Made by a program: the position numbers and the translations under genes. DNA of 64,000 bases from a candidate division FCPU426 bacterium (lineage in GTDB: Bacteria; Oederibacteriota; JAAXVQ01; JAUVAV01), in contig JBFLYH010000001.1 in assembly GCA_040756875.1 (NCBI GenBank), positions 32,001 to 96,000 on the forward strand. The letters run 5' to 3'. Shown here piece after piece: positions 61,971 through 64,000 of the stretch (within the stretch, counting starts at the first letter, position 1; each line of letters opens with the position of its first letter). The notes below the pieces were generated by a model. It was not told where the DNA came from, searched no databases, and worked only from the letters and a program-made list of their open reading frames with translations.

Positions 61971-62149
61971 GGCCGTCTCCTGGAACCATCGTGTGCTTCA
62001 AGCCGTCGCTGCTAGTCTCGACACGGCCCGGGCGGGACTTAACCGCATACGCGCCGGTATCGTGCCGCTGTTCATCATTAGTCACTCGGGATTCACAAGC
62101 TCCGCCGGCGGGGTCTAAATACCATACGGCGTGAAAGGCGGTGAGGGGC

Positions 62150-63019
62150 ATGACAGCCATCCGGGAAGTGGACGAAATCTTTCAAAGCCAGACCACCCGC
62201 GAAGGGGCGGGCGTGCGGCTCAAACGCGGCTTCGGTTTTCACCAGCTGCCTCGCTTTGATCCCTTTCTCATGCTGGACGATTTCCGCTCGGACCGTCGCG
62301 CGGACTATCAGGCCGGGTTTCCCTGGCACCCGCACCGGGGCATGGAAACCATCACCTACGTGCTGGACGGCCAGGTGAACCACGAAGACAGCCTGGGCAA
62401 TACCGGCAGCATTGCGGCCGGGGATGTGCAGTGGATGACCGCCGGCAGCGGCATATTGCACCAGGAAATGCCCCGGGGAACGGACGCGGGACGCCTGCAG
62501 GGGTTTCAGTTGTGGTTGAATTTGCCGGCCAGGTACAAAATGATGGATCCCCGCTATCAGAATATTTCGCGGGATTCGATCCCGACCGTGGAACTGCACA
62601 ACCAGGCCCGGGCGCGGGTTATTGCCGGACAACTGGGCGCGGTGAGGGGGCCCGTGGAGGACGACACCTCGGACCCGGAATATTTGGACGTGCAGGTGCC
62701 GGCAGCTGCGACGTTCGAGTATCCGGTCACACGGGGGCGCACGGCCTTTGCCTACGTTCTCGGCGGCACGGCGGCCTTTGCCGGCCGGCCTGGATTCGTG
62801 GGAGACGGGAACGTGGTCCTGTTCAAGGATGGAGACCTCGTCCGGTTGCGCAGCGGGGACCAGGGAGCGCATCTGCTGCTGGTTTCCGGCAAGCCGCTGG
62901 GCGAACCCATCTCCTGGTACGGACCCATGGTCATGAACACGCACGAAGAGATCGAAACAGCCCTGGATGAGCTGGACAAGGGCACGTTCATCAAGCAGCG
63001 CGGCCGCGCCGCCCGTTAG
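62150..63019 (+). CDS. Pirin-family protein
   Basis: DPFLMLDDF, GFPWHPHRGMETITY, HEDSLG, QWMTAGSGILHQEMP, FQLWLNLP, YGPMVMN. Confidence 0.95.
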   Translation: MTAIREVDEIFQSQTTREGAGVRLKRGFGFHQLPRFDPFLMLDDFRSDRRADYQAGFPWHPHRGMETITYVLDGQVNHEDSLGNTGSIAAGDVQWMTAGSGILHQEMPRGTDAGRLQGFQLWLNLPARYKMMDPRYQNISRDSIPTVELHNQARARVIAGQLGAVRGPVEDDTSDPEYLDVQVPAAATFEYPVTRGRTAFAYVLGGTAAFAGRPGFVGDGNVVLFKDGDLVRLRSGDQGAHLLLVSGKPLGEPISWYGPMVMNTHEEIETALDELDKGTFIKQRGRAAR

Positions 63020-63058
63020 GCGGGGAGCCAAGGGGAGTGCGCCCGGGGAGGACCGGAG

Positions 63059-63844
63059 TTAAAAGAGTTTTTTCATCCAGTCCGACATGGCTTTGGCCGC
63101 CAGTTCCCAATGGTCTTCCAACATGACGTTGTGGGCCGTGCCAGGCACCATGAACAAATCCGATCCATACGCCCGGGCCGTGGCCTGCATTTGGGAGGGT
63201 TTGAAGAGCCTGTCCTGTTCAGCGCCGATGACGAGCGAAGGCACCGGCAGTTTGGCGAACTTGGCGGGCGTGACCCACAGCAGTTCCAGAAAGATAAGAA
63301 ACGATTCCGGGACGGTCCGCTGGAAATAATTCCGGATTTTTTCCGGGGCGAGGCCGGGGCTGTAGAACGCTTCGTGGACCAGGGCCGGGGTGCTGACAAT
63401 CGGATAAAGGTCCTGGGAAGCGAGGCACTGGAACGATTTGACGGGATGGCGGCGGAAAAGCCGGAAGACCATCCGCGCGATGCCCCAAACCGGGATCGGC
63501 GTGATGAGAACGGCGGCCCGGGCCGGATGGTTTTTCAGGTAGCGCCGGACGATGTCGCCGCCCATGGAATGGCCGATCAAAATGGGCGGGGCGGGCAGGC
63601 TGGCCGCGATCCGGGCCAGGTCGTCCACGTAATCCGCCATGCTGGTCCAGGCCAGCTTGTCCCGGCCCTCGCTGCGGCCGTGCCCGCGCAGGCTGAACGC
63701 ATGGACCGCGTACCCGCGCCCGTAAAAAAACGGAAGCATATAATCCTGCCAGCAGTCCATCGCATGCCAGCTTCCGTGCACGAACAGCAGCGGCGGCTTT
63801 CGTTCCGAACCGGCCGGAATGAGGGAAAGGGCGTCCAGTTTCAC
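63059..63844 (-). CDS. Alpha/beta-fold hydrolase
   Basis: FVHGSWH, LRGHGRS, nucleophile GHSMGG, catalytic Asp/His region EQD...AHNVML; GTG start. Confidence 0.92.
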   Translation of the reverse strand: MKLDALSLIPAGSERKPPLLFVHGSWHAMDCWQDYMLPFFYGRGYAVHAFSLRGHGRSEGRDKLAWTSMADYVDDLARIAASLPAPPILIGHSMGGDIVRRYLKNHPARAAVLITPIPVWGIARMVFRLFRRHPVKSFQCLASQDLYPIVSTPALVHEAFYSPGLAPEKIRNYFQRTVPESFLIFLELLWVTPAKFAKLPVPSLVIGAEQDRLFKPSQMQATARAYGSDLFMVPGTAHNVMLEDHWELAAKAMSDWMKKLF

Positions 63845-64000
63845 AATCGCTCCAGGGAGAAGGATTCGCGGGTATCATATCATCAAGTCCGGGCCAGGAC
63901 AATGCCGGCGGAGAACAACGGATGCACGGGCGGCTGGAAGGGTGTATAATAGCGGTCATTGAGCGCCGGAAGGGCGTTCACTACTCGCGATCAAGGGAGA

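Noticed and set aside
60916-62118. 400-aa plus-strand ORF, and similar long antisense ORFs such as 49804..51339, 56446..57768 and 35722..36936
   Set aside because: Shadow frames opposite well-supported genes in GC-rich DNA, with no recognisable motifs.

Overview
A GC-rich, gene-dense 64-kb segment from a diderm bacterium (two TonB-dependent receptors, other outer-membrane barrels) that is probably anaerobic (2-oxoacid:ferredoxin oxidoreductase, HdrA, [FeFe]-hydrogenase). The most striking system is at 1.7-9.0 kb: a co-oriented cluster of RsbT/RsbX-like kinase-phosphatase, TusA, and the stressosome genes rsbR-rsbS-rsbT. It leads directly into overlapping hdrA-mvhD-[FeFe]-hydrogenase genes, with no hdrBC, mvhAG, hydBC, rsbU/V/W or sigB in the window, and the hydrogenase has a remodelled Fe-S input arm. 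tRNA-Val(TAC) and tRNA-Asp(GTC) follow. The tRNA-Asp 3' end recurs exactly at 9.7 kb and in degenerate form at 15.2 kb, bracketing a probable decayed island that carries a 14-repeat FG-GAP protein. Three unrelated secreted proteins share a Thr/Pro stalk and a T9SS-CTD-like C-terminal domain. Other modules: a GbsR-family regulator with a B12-radical SAM and nitroreductase between two TBDR paralogues; an arsenic/redox operon led by DUF134 rather than ArsR; a K+ channel paired with a stand-alone cNMP-binding protein; NrpR divergent from a stand-alone glutamate synthase FMN-domain gene; a ~100-bp IS200/IS605-type non-autonomous element with a decayed second copy; a large PocR/GAF/PAS kinase with its response regulator; and a TetR-MMPL-LolA-like-OM barrel operon. 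No CRISPR array, rRNA, integrase or transposase gene was seen. All calls come from reading motifs by eye; no database search was run, and several start codons were re-picked from RBS or overlap evidence.
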